Shown: one piece after another, positions 14,426-29,470 of the stretch
How the letters are laid out: every line of letters starts with the position of its first letter
Position numbering within the stretch: position 1 is the stretch's first letter
Assembly: GCF_009914755.1 (NCBI RefSeq)
Contig: NC_060933.1
Direction: 5' to 3' (one strand)
Length of the DNA stretch: 64,000 nt
Source of the DNA: the human T2T-CHM13v2.0 reference genome, Homo sapiens
The notes under the pieces: model-generated
What the model saw: the letters and a program-made list of their open reading frames with translations, nothing else
Told to the model about the DNA's origin: nothing
Databases searched by the model: none
Translations under genes and position numbers: made by a program

Positions 14426-16834
14426 TCTTTCTTCCCACCTCACCTCCCTGGGCCCTTCATGATGCCTTTACACACTTCCACGTCATTGCAAATGAGTTTG
14501 GGCCCAGGTCAAAGCTGGGTCTTTGGTCATCCTTTTTTAATGCTTCGCAGACAAGGACTGGGAGGCTCTAACTGCCCAAACAGTGAAGCGTGGGCTCAAA
14601 CAGAGGGGCTCACGTTGCCGGCTTCTCCCATTACATTTTCATTTCTCACTCTGAAAAAGGACAGTTCTAGCAGTGTGGTGGGTGGAGAGAACCATCATTG
14701 GCAAGCCCTGGAGACCTTTCTAGCCTTGGGTTAGAATGCACAGCACCCCTCTGTGGCACTTCCAGATATCCAAACAAGCCCTTCTAGACGCCCTTGTCTC
14801 TTGGAACGTTAAAGACACAGCTCCCTGTCTTCCAAGGCAGCTTGTGGTTCCACAGCCTTGGAGCGTCCTGCAGACAGTTTCTGTTTTTGAAAGTTTTTCA
14901 GAAATTATGCATTTATTATAGAGAGACCATGTAGGTTCCCTTATTCCCTTTGTTTAGAGCATCTTTTATTTTTACATTTTAGTGATTCTGAAATTGGGAT
15001 GCATCTTAAAATAGATGCATGTGTTTGGATATGGTGCTGTGCCTTTTTCGTGTGAAGGGGTGTTCCCCAAATGACTGCATCCTAGAATTGAGGAAATACA
15101 GTAAAATTGCATTGGGAGACAAAAATCTTTCAAAACATGTAATCCATGGGAGAAAACAAGCATAGGGGGTGCTTTGTGTGGAGGAGCTGAGACCACTGCC
15201 TTAAATCTCATGTTTCCCTAGAAACTCTATGTGTGACCATTATGGGGAAAGATGCTGACAAGGCCTGACCCCCATTCGATCGTGTTTCTATCTGTGGGGG
15301 TGACATACTTGGAGCAAACAGTTCCTAAAATTATCCCCATACCATTCCTCCTTCAGCTTTCAGGTCAAATATATTTGCATCTTTATCATAAGGGCCTTTC
15401 TTTTCCTGTTGTTATATTTGCTAATTTACAATTGTTTGGTTTGAAAAACAAGGATTTTTTCTTTTGCCTCCTGGCCTTTTGGTTTTTCTGAGGCAGCCTC
15501 AGAGAGCGTGGCCGTGGTGGGCTCCAGGAATGTCCTGGGGAGCCTGAGCCCACTGGGCTGGGGTCCTGGCTCCCGCCTCCGCCCTGAGCCTGTGACAGGC
15601 AGAGGCCATCCATGTGCTGTGGGGCCTGCCATGCTCTGTGCAGAGCCTGCAGTCAGTGTGCGGGATGGGGCTGAATCAGGGCACTTTTGTGTGAAGAATG
15701 GAGGCACTTCCAGCCATTTGTCAGGATGGGCGGGAGCTTGTCAGGTCAAGGACTGGATCCCAAAGTCTGAAGCTCAAAAGGACAACCCAGAAGGAGTCAG
15801 AAAGTGAACTGCTCAGAGACCTCCTGCAGAGTTTATCCCAAAACAGGCACTGCTCCTCAGTCTTCCTGGATGTCCCCCTTCGCGGTGCTTAAAGGAAGGT
15901 GTGCAAGGTTGATTCATGCTCTCAGAGGGAGGCTGAGTCAGAAAACAGACCAAGCCCTGACCAGCGATTCACAGAGCAGTCTGGAAAGAAATAGGAAGAA
16001 AGCACCGCCCTCTCCTAGCCTTCTTCTCCTCCTCCTCTCCCATCTCCTTTGCACTCTCTCCCACAAAGCCTGGTCTTTCATGGGAATATCCCCCAGCCCA
16101 GCCCCAGTCTAGGTCACAGGGGCTTTGATACTCAGATCAAGGCTGGCTGGCGTCATTCTCAGACTCTTCCTAGTGAGAATTTCTACAGCTGCAGATGAGA
16201 AAATGGCTTCTTAGTGAGACTAGAAACAAGGAACCGAGTGAGTCTTCTTTTGTTTTTCTATCCTGATCCAGTTTCTCACCTTGAACCCCACTGTCAGGGC
16301 TTGTACCAAGAGGACGCAGGGTGGAGTGAAATGTTTCTGACCTCCCTCCCTGCCCCAGCCTCCAGTAGAATCCCGTTGACTGAAGCACCCAGCTGGTCCT
16401 GGGGCCCTAGAGCAGGAGGCTGTGTCACCCTCGCCGCAGGCAGCGCCCCCTCAGGTGGCTCATCACACCCAGTGGACTCCTTTCTTCACCCCGCACCATC
16501 CCCCCGAGTAAGTGGTAATAGCCGCTTAATGTACTGACTTACCCAATCCCTTCTTGGTCCATTACGACAAAAGTTGCTCTTTTCTCATTAGAACCATTTT
16601 TGTCAGGGTGTCTTTAATCAATGGCTTCCCCAGGGACAGTATTTTTAGAAGTTGTGTTTTTCACACCCTCCCTTTTGGAAAATCTCATCCCAGTGCCTAG
16701 TGAAATGAGCTAATGAGATGCCGGGAGATCCCAGGCTGGTGTTAATTGGAACAGGCGTGGAAGAAGTGGCCCACGCGCACCTTCAGTTCCTTCCTGCCTT
16801 ACCTGCAATCCTTTTCTCTGTCTCTCCGGTGTAG

Positions 16835-16942
16835 GTTGCACAGACAGCAGATGGTGTGGATGCTGACCTCTGGAAAGACGGCTTATTTAAATCCAAGGTT
16901 ACCAGATACCTGTGTTTCACAAGATCATTTTCCAAAGAAAAT
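16835..16942 (+). CDS. MVB12B: MVB12B internal coding exon (exon 3), 108 nt, phase 0-0: VAQTADGVDADLWKDGLFKSKVTRYLCFTRSFSKEN (MABP domain)
   Basis: Pyrimidine tract + tag acceptor at 16833-34, open frame, gtaagt donor at 16943; peptide recognised as MVB12B MABP sequence and joins the next exon in frame. Confidence 0.96.
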
Positions 16943-19900
16943 GTAAGTCTAGTCGTAGTTTCCATTTGCTGAGTGAGCACAAGTAATTTACATTCCTGTT
17001 TGGAATTTCCTCATTTTGTTGTTGTTGTGGTTTATTTTCATTGCCATATTAATTTATCTGTGGTTTTAGTGAACTGGGTAGAATCAGCAGCCAGCACTGT
17101 GTTTCATTTATTAACAGTGTTATTAACCACGTACCCAAGTGTACCGTGAATTCCATTAAATTGTGTTCTCAAAAGGAAACCAGGAAATTTCTCTCCCAGC
17201 TCTCATTTGCCTACCTTTCCTCCAAGCAACAGATCACAGGGTAGTGCGGCAGTGAGAGTTCTCCAGTGGAGCGGGATTTAATGCTGGCCAGCAAAGGCAG
17301 CATGGCTCAGGGAGGGCCCCTGTGACCCCACCCCATGCCCTTGCTTCCACAGTGACGTTTCCTCGCTCTTTGAGTCTCTGTGTGACATATCACATTTCGT
17401 TATTTTTGTAGGTAAGTATTGACTCATGTAGATTTCTCTATGCTTTTAAAAAAAAAAACAAATACTTGCACCTGTAAATTAGGAAACTTTAAAGATACCT
17501 ACTAAGGTTTTTTTTTTAAAAACATCTAATAAGATATTTTAATAGATGGCTTAGAAAGAAAGGAAATAGCTTTGGTGAGTATCTGCTCTGTACAAGGCCT
17601 GCCCTGGGCACCTCATTCTGTCCCCAGGTAATCTCTACCAGTGGAAGTTCCTTTCCATTGAAGAAACCGAGATCCAAGAGGGAATATGCTTGTTCAAGGT
17701 TACTTCTCTTCCCCAGCCCCAAACAGGGAGCAGTTGGGATTTTCATTTTCAGGGCTAACATTTTATTTTTGGCCATATGTTATTGTCTCTTTGTCATGTA
17801 AATTTTTATTTTGGGAAATATTTTTATTTATTTATATAAATTATATTATAAAAGTAATATTTATTTGCAGTTAAAAAAAAAAAAACTGAACCCAGACAAC
17901 AAATATCCTCATTCAACAGCATGAAAGGGGGAGAGCATTAGTCATCCTCTCTGCCACCTGGCCCCGCAGGCCCAGGGTCCCATCACAGGGTCCTGGCGTG
18001 TCCCCTTGGTGTTTTCTGAATATCGACCATCATGTGGCTCTCTGGCTTGCACTCTTTTCTGCCACCCATTCCTGTTGTTTGTGGTTAATTCTTTGATACG
18101 ATAATTATTCTGAACATATACAGGACTGGGAGAAAAGTCATTGCTTTATTTTTTCCCCTAATTACAAGAGCAATATATGCTCCTTGTGAAGTACAGAGTT
18201 TATAATGGAGTCAGGGGAAATCTTGACACAAAAGTCTGGAAATCTTTTCAATTCAGGCTTTTGAGTGTATTTTAAATACCAGGAAGGTGGCAGGGCTAAA
18301 GAGTGGACAAGGGCACTGAGATCTTATAATGAGTCCCTGCAGGTCCCCCAGCTCACTGAGCAGCCTGAGGTACCCAGGAGTGGGCTGAAGGCTGAGTAGA
18401 GGCTTCAGTTAAAAATGAGTAGAGGCCGAAGAGGCTTCAGTTAAAAATGGCCTGAGGACAGCCATGATCTCTGTGATCATTTTTTAATTTTGTTTTCATT
18501 GCATTTCCCCCCAGAGACTATGGGGTGTTGGTACCTAGGCTAGCAGAGTCCCTGCATCCCTTGGAGTGGGGACAGTGACAGGCCTGAATGTGACAAAGAG
18601 AAGTCACTGGGGCTTGTTAGCATTGGGTGTCATGGGTAAGTGTATTAAAGAAAACACATTGATTTCATCAACATATGTTGAACATTAAAAAGATATTTAT
18701 TGGGCATGATGGAGGGATGTAAGAAGAGGACAAGGGCAGTGTGAAAAGCCTCTGCCTCACTTTTGAAGCAGAGTAGGAGATAGGTGCGTGGTGCATATTG
18801 TTTTTGGAAAAAGAATGAATGGATCCAATAGTGCGATCCAAACGATCGAGTACCAGCAGTTGGCAGGGGCCCACTTGCCAGCCCAGGAGTGGAGGAGGAA
18901 TCAGAATATTTTAATCTGTTACAGCCAGTCTATGCTGGCCCTGTAGTCCAAACCAAGACTTTGCAGACCATCATTTTTTACAACTGTAAAGGAGGGATGT
19001 GGGGTCTCAAGACTGGACAGATTCTTAATTAGCTGACTTGAGACTCCCAATGTAGGAGTTTTGGGAGACTCCTTTGGAACCCAAATTCCTTTCCCCCAAT
19101 AATGCTATTAATACAGAAATCTGGCTTTGGAGTGACATTGCTTCCTGGGGAAGGATCGAGATTAATTGCACTTTTCATGCCCTGTACTTTCTGCATTACC
19201 TGTAATAATAATGTACATAGATTAGGTAGGGAGGATATTAAACAGAAGGATTTATGAACATTTGAATATTAAGTTGGTTATCTGTGGCTACCTTAAATGC
19301 AAGGTTGTCAAAAATAATTACAGTATACTAGCAAATACTGGCTACCAGAGACAATATAAATACCCTGAGTCAGTGCATATTGGGCTTTTGGCATGAATCA
19401 TTTGCTCAACAAGGATTGGGAATACGTTCTTCATATTTATGAGGAGGAAATGAAAGAGAGAACAGATGGGGGAGGGGAGAGGAACAGGCAAAATTAATGG
19501 TGTCGCAGACCCACTGTATTAAACCCAGTACAGTGGCAGCCCTGTGTGAGGAGGGACCACAGTTGGGCTGTGGGGAGCTCTGACAGTGCAGCCTCCCATT
19601 TTGTATGCATGCAAGGGTTTTTTGATGCTTTGTTTTTAATGGCCACACCACTGATGTTCAGGTTTTATGATCAGGGACATTGGTAGAGTGTGTGGAGGGT
19701 GAGGTCACTAAGTGGTTTGCAGTTGACTTCTGTAAAACCCAACTTGTCAAGCAGAAGACATTTGAGAAGGATATTGATGAATGCCCATCCATCTGCGGGG
19801 CAGGAAAACATGCCTAGTTGTTAATTTCTCAATGCATAAAGCAGTGATGACATGGAAAAGCAACTGCCATGAAAAAAAATTATGATAGATTAGACCAGGC

Positions 19901-20250
19901 GACTCTGAAAGCAGCTGATGTTTGCAAGTTAGGTTAACAGTTCAAACCCTTCCTACACGGTCAGAGATTTATTCCGTGTTCTGAGGGTCCCACTTACCAC
20001 TAACTAGGCTGCACTGTACATTGTCTTCCCGAGGCCCAGCTACCTGGAATGTCAGAATATCAAATTGTTGGCAAATATGATAGTTCTGAGAGGAAGAAAC
20101 GGTTTCCTGATGGCAGTGCCGTAAAAACACTGGTCATAGATTACACTTGCTGCTATGACCTTCCTAGTTAAATTCTAATAATTGGTTTCATTTGTGTACT
20201 TTTGGTTCATAATATTTATTAGTGTATATCAATACTTTTGATATTTTTAA

Positions 20251-20907
<657 letters not shown>

Positions 20908-22332
20908 TCCAGTTCGATTTGTGACTCTGAGTGGCCCGGTTGAAAAATGTGCACCCGAAATTAATTTATTCAGCAAGTAGTTACTGAGCACCTGCTGTGT
21001 GGCAAAAACCATGCTAGGCTTGTATTTATAGTAGGAACAGAGATAGTTTTGGTCTTCATGGTTCTTAAACTCTAGAAGCAAGACAGATATTAAACAAATA
21101 ACCCCATAAATTGATAGGAAGGGAAAAAGAGAGTGCCAAGAGGGAACATAACACAGTTTAGATGATAAGAACTCCCTGCTTGGCTTTCAGAGACGTGACA
21201 CAGTGCAGGTGGAGGTGGGATCTTGGCTCCCATGTGCAGAGATGGAGGTAGCAGCCCTTCTTCTCTAAGCAAGATGGAACAACAGCCTGAGAAGTTGCTG
21301 TCCAGGGCAGAGTGATGGCTGACCAACTAGATGCTTGTCCAAGGATGCTGAACAAGTAAACAGAGAGCATGTTCACACTGGGCTTCGGGGATGAGGCACT
21401 TCTGCAAAATGGGCACGTGGAGTGCACTGCTAGTATCCTAACAGGAGAGATTTGGGATTTGAGCCCATCATTCTTTCCTTAACTGGCTCTGACGAGAGAG
21501 GGGGAACCAAGCTGCAAATTACTCTGAAGATTTTAATGAAATCTCCAAAGTGGCCCCACATATTTAAGTTGTAGGGTAGATATCTTTAGAGCTCATTTCC
21601 AGCTTGAAATGTGGGCTGCAAGTGCTGGCGTGTTTGCAAAGAATTCTCTCTCGCAATTACAGAATGGTGTACTGTCTTAGAAAGATATTTGTACACCAGT
21701 TACCGAAACTGCGCACTGTGGACCCCATATACTACCACTAAACAGAAACTTTAGGAGGCCCTTGTGCGTGTCATTTTAGAAGATGTGTAATATTGAGGCA
21801 GCAGGGCTTTCACTCTGTATTAGTGTATGATTCTTGGGATTTTGCAGAATGTATCTAGCAACTGAAATGTGTGTCAGTATGCAGACTGGTGATCACTTAG
21901 GAGAGTGATTGGTTCCCTGTTAGGTTTAGATGCAGCTCTTTCCTACGAGTGCCTCAGGAATTTGCTCTTCCTAAAACCTCCTGGCCTTGAGATCTGATGC
22001 TCAGGGCTGAATGGCAGCCTGGTCCTGGGACCTGTGTGCACAGCTGCCCTCTGCTGGGTTATGTCTAAAGCATCTCCTGGGTTGCTCCTGCCTCACCAAG
22101 GCCGTGTCTGAGTTGAGTGGCTTTGAGGTTCCGCAGATGAAACTCCTTCCCAGGGGCCACACGAGTCCCTGCATAACCACTGGGGACCATTAAGTGTCAC
22201 CTACTCTAATTAACCTGCTGTCATAAAGCTGCACGAGTCATTGTGTTAAATATGCATCTGGAAGCCAAAATGGCAAACCCACCACATGCATGTTCAGATT
22301 AATAGTCTGTATCTCTTTTCTTTCTTCCCAAG

Positions 22333-22429
22333 AGTCATCTGGGGAACGTGTTAGTAGATATGAAGCTCATTGACATCAAGGACACACTGCCTGTGGGCTT
22401 CATCCCAATTCAGGAGACGGTGGACACAC
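22333..22429 (+). CDS. MVB12B: MVB12B exon 4, 97 nt, phase 0-1: SHLGNVLVDMKLIDIKDTLPVGFIPIQETVDT(Q)
   Basis: ttttctttcttcccaag acceptor, gtgagt donor at 22430; ORF track 22348 carries the same peptide; phases compatible with both neighbours. Confidence 0.96.
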
Positions 22430-23782
22430 GTGAGTCATCCTTTAGTAGCACTCATCACAATGAGCGTTTTCTTCCTCCAGGTATATTTGTAGGTGTTTTT
22501 CTATGTGCATTTTTCTTCAGAAACACTTTTGGAGGCCTTACTACATGCCCATGAACAAACCCTGCTGCTTTTGATGTGTGTCTGGCTGGGTTCTCCAAGG
22601 AGTTTGCAGAGTATTCTGGGTAGCAGCATGTAAATGAGCAGAACGTGCCTTTCTTTTAGAATGGTGCTCCCTGCTGAATCGGCTCACTGGGGAATGGAAT
22701 GGTGAAACTATACAGTTTGTCTTTAGTCCTTCCTCTGGTGTTGCTGAAGCCAAGCTTGGCATAAGACCCAGAAGGAAGCGGAAAGAAAACAATCAAAAGA
22801 CGCCCAGAGAACACAAGGCCAATAATGTGCCCATTTGGGGCCCGTTGAGCAAACAAGAAAAGTGAGAATCAAAAAGACTGCAAATTAAAGTTCATAGGTT
22901 CGAATTGGACTGAATATTCTGACCACTGAGCAGGTCCAAGCAGAAGTGAATCACTGAGGAATCGGCAGCGTCTTCAGGGTGTTGGAGCCCTTGGAGCTTC
23001 TTGACCCACACATGGGTTATTAAATGGTGCTGGAAAACCTCTGGTGATTCGGCTTCCTTGTTTTGGTGTAATTTAACTTACCTTGTTTCATTTTTAATCA
23101 CTGGTCAGCCAACTTTATGGTATTTACAACAGTGAAGCAATGAATACAAAACAAATACAGAGAATCCTTTCATTACGACTCAGGGTTTATTTATTAAATT
23201 CTCTGTCTCATTTTCTGTCTCATACTTTATTCTTTCATAATTAGCCCCACTTTGGTCCCACTGTTTTTTGCTGTTTTCTTGCTAGCACTTCATATGATAT
23301 GAACTAGAGTTTCTATCTTTACGCAGATCCCCTGCTGTTATTTTCATGAAACCAGCAGACCCCGTTGTATAGCATATTTTTATTTTCCTGATGGTCTCTT
23401 CACATTTCAACATTGGATTGCTTTTTGTCATTTATTATTTTATGTATTGCCTGATAATCATAACAGCTGATATTTAGTATGCATTTACTGTATGTTCACC
23501 CCTGTGATAAATGCTTTACCTCCCTGATTTCATTTAATCTTCAGAAGACCCCTCTTTAGAGATGGACATTATTATACCCATTTCAGATATGAGAAAAATG
23601 AAGCACACTCACTCCTTAGGGATTAAAGAACTTAGCCAAGGTCATGCATCTGGAAGTGGAGGAATAACTAGAATGCTCACATACGTCTTACTCCAGCCAC
23701 ACTTTTAACCACGGCGGCACACTGGAAGAGCATGTGTATAAGCACCTTTTACAGATATGTTTTATATTAATGTACAGAGTTT

Positions 23783-24600
23783 TAAAAAATTAAGCTATAA
23801 CTCACATACCGTGCAATTCACCTATTTAACATGCACAGTTCAGTGGCTTTTAGTAAATGCAGAGTTGGCAACCATTATGGCACATTATATCACCCCCAAA
23901 ACCCATTTTCAGGATATCACCCCTGTACCCCTTAGCAATCACTCTCTTATTGCTCTCCAACCCTCACCTCCCCACTCCCCGCCAGCCCTAGGCAACCACT
24001 GATCTACTTTCTATGTAGATTTGCCTATTCTGGACATCTCATATAAATGGAATCATACAGCGTGTGGTCTTTTGTGACCAGCTTCTCTCACTTAGCATAC
24101 TGTTTTCAAGGTTGGCCCACGTTGTAGGATAGATCATTACTTCATTCCTTCTTATCACCAAATAATATAACATTATATGGATATACCACATTTTGGTTAT
24201 CCATTCAACTGATGGATATCTGAGTTGTTTGTACTTTTTGGCTGTTAGGAATGAGGCTGCTATGAACATTCATGTACAAGTTTTTGTTGGGCTTATGTTT
24301 TCGTTTCTGTTGGGTATCTACCTAGTCATGGAATTGCTGGGTCATATGGTAACTTGGTATTTTTGAGGAACTATCAAATGATGTTTCAAAGGAGCTGCAC
24401 TGTTTTTTATTCCCACCAGCAGTGTCCTTAGATTCCAATTCCTCCACATCTTCACCAGCAATTTGTTATTGTCTGTCTTTTTGATTCTAGTCATCTTAGT
24501 GGGTGTGAAATGGAATCTCCTTGTGCTTTCTGTTTGCCCTTCTCTGATGGCAAATGATGTTTAGCATCTTTTTCTGTGCTTGTTGGCCATTTGTATTATC
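23783..24600 (-). mobile_element. L1MB-type LINE-1 3' end
   Basis: ORF 24039..24269 (MFIAASFLTAK..WITKMWYIHIMLYY) is the L1 ORF2 C-terminus; L1 3' UTR motifs. Confidence 0.88.
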
Positions 24601-26310
24601 TCCTCTGCTTAGGATCTACAGTTTTCTCCAAGACTTGGATCACTTTCCTCCTTTTCCCCTGTGTTTTTCACAGTTTTAAAATTTGCATTGGTGTTCGTTT
24701 TTTGACAGTCAGTTGACTTCGAATGTTTTTATATTGATGTGCTGTGGAGCCACAATGGGTTTTCCATTCTGCATTTTCCTCTAGGTTAGTTGGACCAGTT
24801 CACTGAGGCTCTGTCCTGTCTGGGCTTGGGGCCCAGCTGCTGTGGGGCCCAGGGGTCCTGGTTGGGAAGTTTCTCCCTTGTGACTGGGAGTACACAGGTT
24901 GCTGTCCCAAGTGTGGACTCTGAGATCGGTCCTGGGCCCAATGCCAGGTGCCTTGTCACACAGGAGGGTGGGCAGCAGGGGGTCTCTTCATTTCTGGTTC
25001 TAGCAACATTTCCTGGAGCTTTTCACCCAGGGAACAGAGGAGCCCAAGCTGGCCACATAAGCCTTATGATCAGCTCTGTATCATCTGAGAGTATTCAAGA
25101 CCCTGATTTTATACAGTCAGCCAAAAACAGGAGACTCCTGTAATTCATTGAAAATATGGTTTGCTGTAATCCATATAGCACTGAAAAACTGGAAGATGTT
25201 TGTTTTAGTAAAGTGCTGTGTACTTTCTCTGTGTTCATTAGCATGACTGAACACATTTCTATTGACTATGTATAATATGTTTACTTAAAATTAGGCCTGC
25301 TTAAGCATGTGTAATCAGTGGCTCCATCTCTTAACCCCGAGTTTGCTGCAGACGGAAGAATGGAGCCAAGAGCAGCGTGGCAACAGCAAGTGAAACACCC
25401 GGCGTTAGTTTTCTTTGTGTAAAGGTCTCTCTTCTTCGTGCTTTCTAAGGCCGATCTGATCAGCTGATAATCTTTGAAGTTGCAGAGTTGCCATGAGCAG
25501 CGCCCCCAACTCCCCAGGTTGCTGTCCCAAGTGTGGACCCTGAGGTTGGGTCTTGTCACACAGGAGGGTGGGCAGCAGGGGCCTCTTCATTTCCAGTTCT
25601 AGGATCATTTCCTAGATGTTTAGCAATGTTTAGGGTCTGGATTCAGAACGTTGTTTCTCTCTGCTCGTAGATCTGCTCTAGCCCTCAGTTTCTGTGCCTG
25701 AGGAACCCACAGTTATCTGACTCTTTAAAAAACAACCCTACCCCCCTCAAAATATAATAACAAAACAATTCCACTGATTTTCTTGTCCCCCTCCCCACTC
25801 CCGGCCCCTATAAGAAACCCTGGGCAGGACTGTACTTCCCCTCATTCTGTTCCTCAATTTGAATGTGCTGTTGAATGTCTTACTTCCTGCCACAGAATTG
25901 CAAGGTCTTGAAACCCAATACCAAGCACAGGCATAAATTACATGCTAGAGGCTTACTTGTCAATAATGACGGTAAGATCCCACACAGCTGTTCTTTACTG
26001 AGCACTTACTGTGTGCCAGGCACTGGGCTAAGTGGATCATATGTGTTGGCACAGTGCATCCAACCCACATCCCTGTGGGGTGGGTTTCATTAACTCCCTT
26101 TTACAGTTTACCAAGACTCAGAGAAATTAAGTAACTTGCCTGAGGTCACAGTGCCAGGAAATGTTGGTGTTGGGATTTCAACCCAGATCTGTCTGACTCG
26201 TGTATTAAATGGCCGCAGTTGGTTGAAACTCAGGTTTAAAAGCACAAACAAACACACACCTCCCGTTGGTCAGCACTGGAGGTTGCTAGAGCACCAACTC
26301 CTTACTCTAA

Positions 26311-26784
<474 letters not shown>

Positions 26785-27836
26785 TTAATAAAACATGGAT
26801 CTTAGCAACAGTCATCAGAGGGTGAGAAAGTGCTCAGAGGATGGCAGTTGGGGAACTGTGTGACCGAGGTCCTGGGCCGACGCCAGCAGAGCTCAGCAAG
26901 AATGGCCCAGCCAGACTCTGGGCCTCACTATATGACAGCCTAGACTTACGTGTACCCCGGACGGCGTGCATGCCTAAAAAACCTAACCTGAGTCTAATCG
27001 AGGCTTTAGCTCTGCCAGCCTACAGGAGGCACAGGGGAGTGACCCGATTTCTCCAACCTGTTAGTGCCCTGAAGAAAAGGGAACAGGAGTGGTTGTTCCA
27101 GAGTCAAATGATCTGGGAGGCCTGACACCCAGAGGCAGTGTTTCAGCATCCTGGGGATCCAGATGCAGACAGACTGGAGAAAACGTGGATGTAGACTCTC
27201 TGTTGGATGATACTCAGGAATTCTGTTCGTTTTGTTAGGAATGGTGATGGCATGGTGGTCTTTAAAGAACAGTGTCCTGGATGCCTACTGAGGTATTGAT
27301 GGTGACATAACGTAGTGTCGTCAGGGATTCATTTTAAATATCCAGCAAAACTGCAGGGGTGGGAGGAGAGGAAACCAGCTTGTCCATTGTGCACAGCATT
27401 GACACTGGGTGACGGGAACACGTGGATTCATTCCACTGTTCTCTCTGCTTTGGGGTATGTTTGAAGATTTCTGTAATAAAAAGAAAAGAAGTCCGTGTGG
27501 TGAAATGTGTTAATGCTCAGGGCGTCAGTGTGCAGGTTTCTGATGGCTGAGCAGTGAGCAGATTGTGGTTGCGGCTCTTAGAAGCCACCCAGATTTACTG
27601 CAGGGTGTGTGGTCCCCTTCTCAGCAGGGGGTGTCTGGGTTGGGTCCCACATGCAGAGCAGGGTGACTGCAGCCCCGGGGAAGGCAGGCGGCAGAGCGCA
27701 GCCCTTCTGTCCAGCAGCTTAGGTGACCTGCCACTTCTGCTGCCAGGAATAGGGCGTGACAGGGGATGTGGTTTTCAGAATAGAGATTCTGGTATCTCTG
27801 GAAAACTCATACCTTTTCTATTGTCCTTTCCTTCAG

Positions 27837-27966
27837 AGGAAGTGGCTTTTAGGAAGAAGAGGCTGTGCATTAAATTTATTCCACGGGATTCAACGGAAGC
27901 TGCGATTTGTGACATTCGGATCATGGGCCGGACCAAGCAGGCCCCGCCTCAGTACACGTTTATTGG
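27837..27966 (+). CDS. MVB12B: MVB12B exon 5, 130 nt, phase 1-2: (Q)EVAFRKKRLCIKFIPRDSTEAAICDIRIMGRTKQAPPQYTFI(G)
   Basis: cctttccttcag acceptor, gtgagt donor at 27967; peptide is the C-terminus of ORF 27554..27970. Confidence 0.96.
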
Positions 27967-28339
27967 GTGAGTCTTAATAACAGGACTGTCAGCTGCTTCT
28001 CTTCCCTGAGAGCACTCAGGCCACTCCAGGCAATGAGGTCCAAGAGATTTCCATGCAGCCCCCCAGGCTCTCAGCCATGGGCCTCTGTCAGCCCAGTGCT
28101 CCTCGCTGCCCTTCCTGCTCAGCTGCGGTCTCTCTGAGCCTCGGCTCGCACTGCTGACTCCACCTTAGGGCCTTTCCTCCCCTGCCCTTCTGCGCATTCA
28201 GCCTTGAAGCTCCTCTGGGTCCTTCCCCGACACCCTGTGATGCCACTGGCCTCAGCTCTTCACACTCGTTATTCACCCTAGGAAAGGTCACAGGGACCTA
28301 TTTTGTACCACGGGGCCAAGGCCACTGGATGTGGATATA

Positions 28340-28760
28340 AGTGAGGCAAAGGCCGTGCTGTCACAGAGCTGATGTTCTAAAAGGGACAGACGAGCAATAA
28401 ACAAGAAAATAAATGAGATAATTCCAGACAGTGAAGAAAGTGAAACACAATGATGGAGTGGGGGCCTCTTCCGTGAGGGGGTCAGGAAGGTGACACTTGA
28501 GCAGAGACCTGAATGTCAGGAAACCAGCCATGCACAGATGTGAAGGCATAGTCTTTGAGGCAGAGCAGAAGCAGAAGGAGAGAAGTGGGAATGAGCATGG
28601 CACGTTCTGGGAGCAGAACACAGCCCTGTGCAGCTGGAAGAGCCAGGGACAATGTTGGGACAAGGGCGAGGGTTGGCAGGACCTCCTAGGACATGGCCTG
28701 GAGTTTATTCCAAGCACGCTAGAAAGTCAGTGGAGGGCTCCAAGTCAGGAAGAAACATAA
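28340..28760 (-). mobile_element. L2 LINE fragment
   Basis: gaaggtgacacttgagcagagacctgaatg ... gagtttattccaag typical of L2 in reverse. Confidence 0.65.
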
Positions 28761-28916
28761 ATATTACACAGCTGCATGATAATTCCCCAGTAAGCAGAGA
28801 ACTGCTGAGGCCTGGGCCCGTTTGTGTCTTGTTCCTCCAGCAGCCTCAGCACTGAGCATGGGCCTGGCTCTGTTGCAGCTCCATAAATACTTACTACAGT
28901 GAAATCCCAGGGTTTC

Positions 28917-29470
28917 ACTTAGGGCTCTGTTGATTGTAAGTGACAGGAAACCCAACCCAGTTTGGCTTGAGCAAAAGGAATAATTTATTGGCTGGCATCA
29001 CAGAGGAGTTGGGGAGGCAGGACTGGCATGCCTGGAAGCGGAAGCTTGAAGGCCGGCACTGGGTTCTGGTTTCCCTGTCTCCCCCTGGCTCCGGTGCTGG
29101 GCTCTGTTCTGACATGTTTCCCCCTCGAGGAGGCCTGGTGCTACAGTAGCTCCACCTGCTTTTCATCCAGGTTCAAGTCCAGAGGCCAAGAGCAAGTTTG
29201 TGTTCCTGACAGTTCAAAAGAAGTTCTAGAATTTAGTCTCATTGGTCTTGATTGATCTAGGTAGGGTCATGTGCACCCTGGGCTTGTCACTGTTTTCTGG
29301 AAAATTCTTCCATTGACCAGGCCTGAGCAGGAAGTAGGATCAGCTCCATTGGAACTCAAGGACAAACCACGACTGGTGCTGCTCCTAAAATATGGAGGGG
29401 CAGTCAAAAGTCAGAAAGGGGGTGAGTGGATGCCAGCTGTCCAGAAGGAAATAGATGTTCACTGTCTTCA
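28917..29470 (-). mobile_element. MLT1 (ERVL-MaLR) solo LTR
   Basis: ttagggctctgttgattgtaagtgacaggaaacccaac...ggcttgagcaaaagg..tttattggct is a characteristic MLT1 LTR end. Confidence 0.7.

Noticed and set aside
14132-14734. 200-aa ORF
   Set aside because: Runs through a (CT)n microsatellite (SLSLSL); no recognisable protein
16441-16460. Partial CTCF-like motifs (also ~33652, ~43442, ~58940)
   Set aside because: Mismatches or spacing errors in core positions; too weak to call without data
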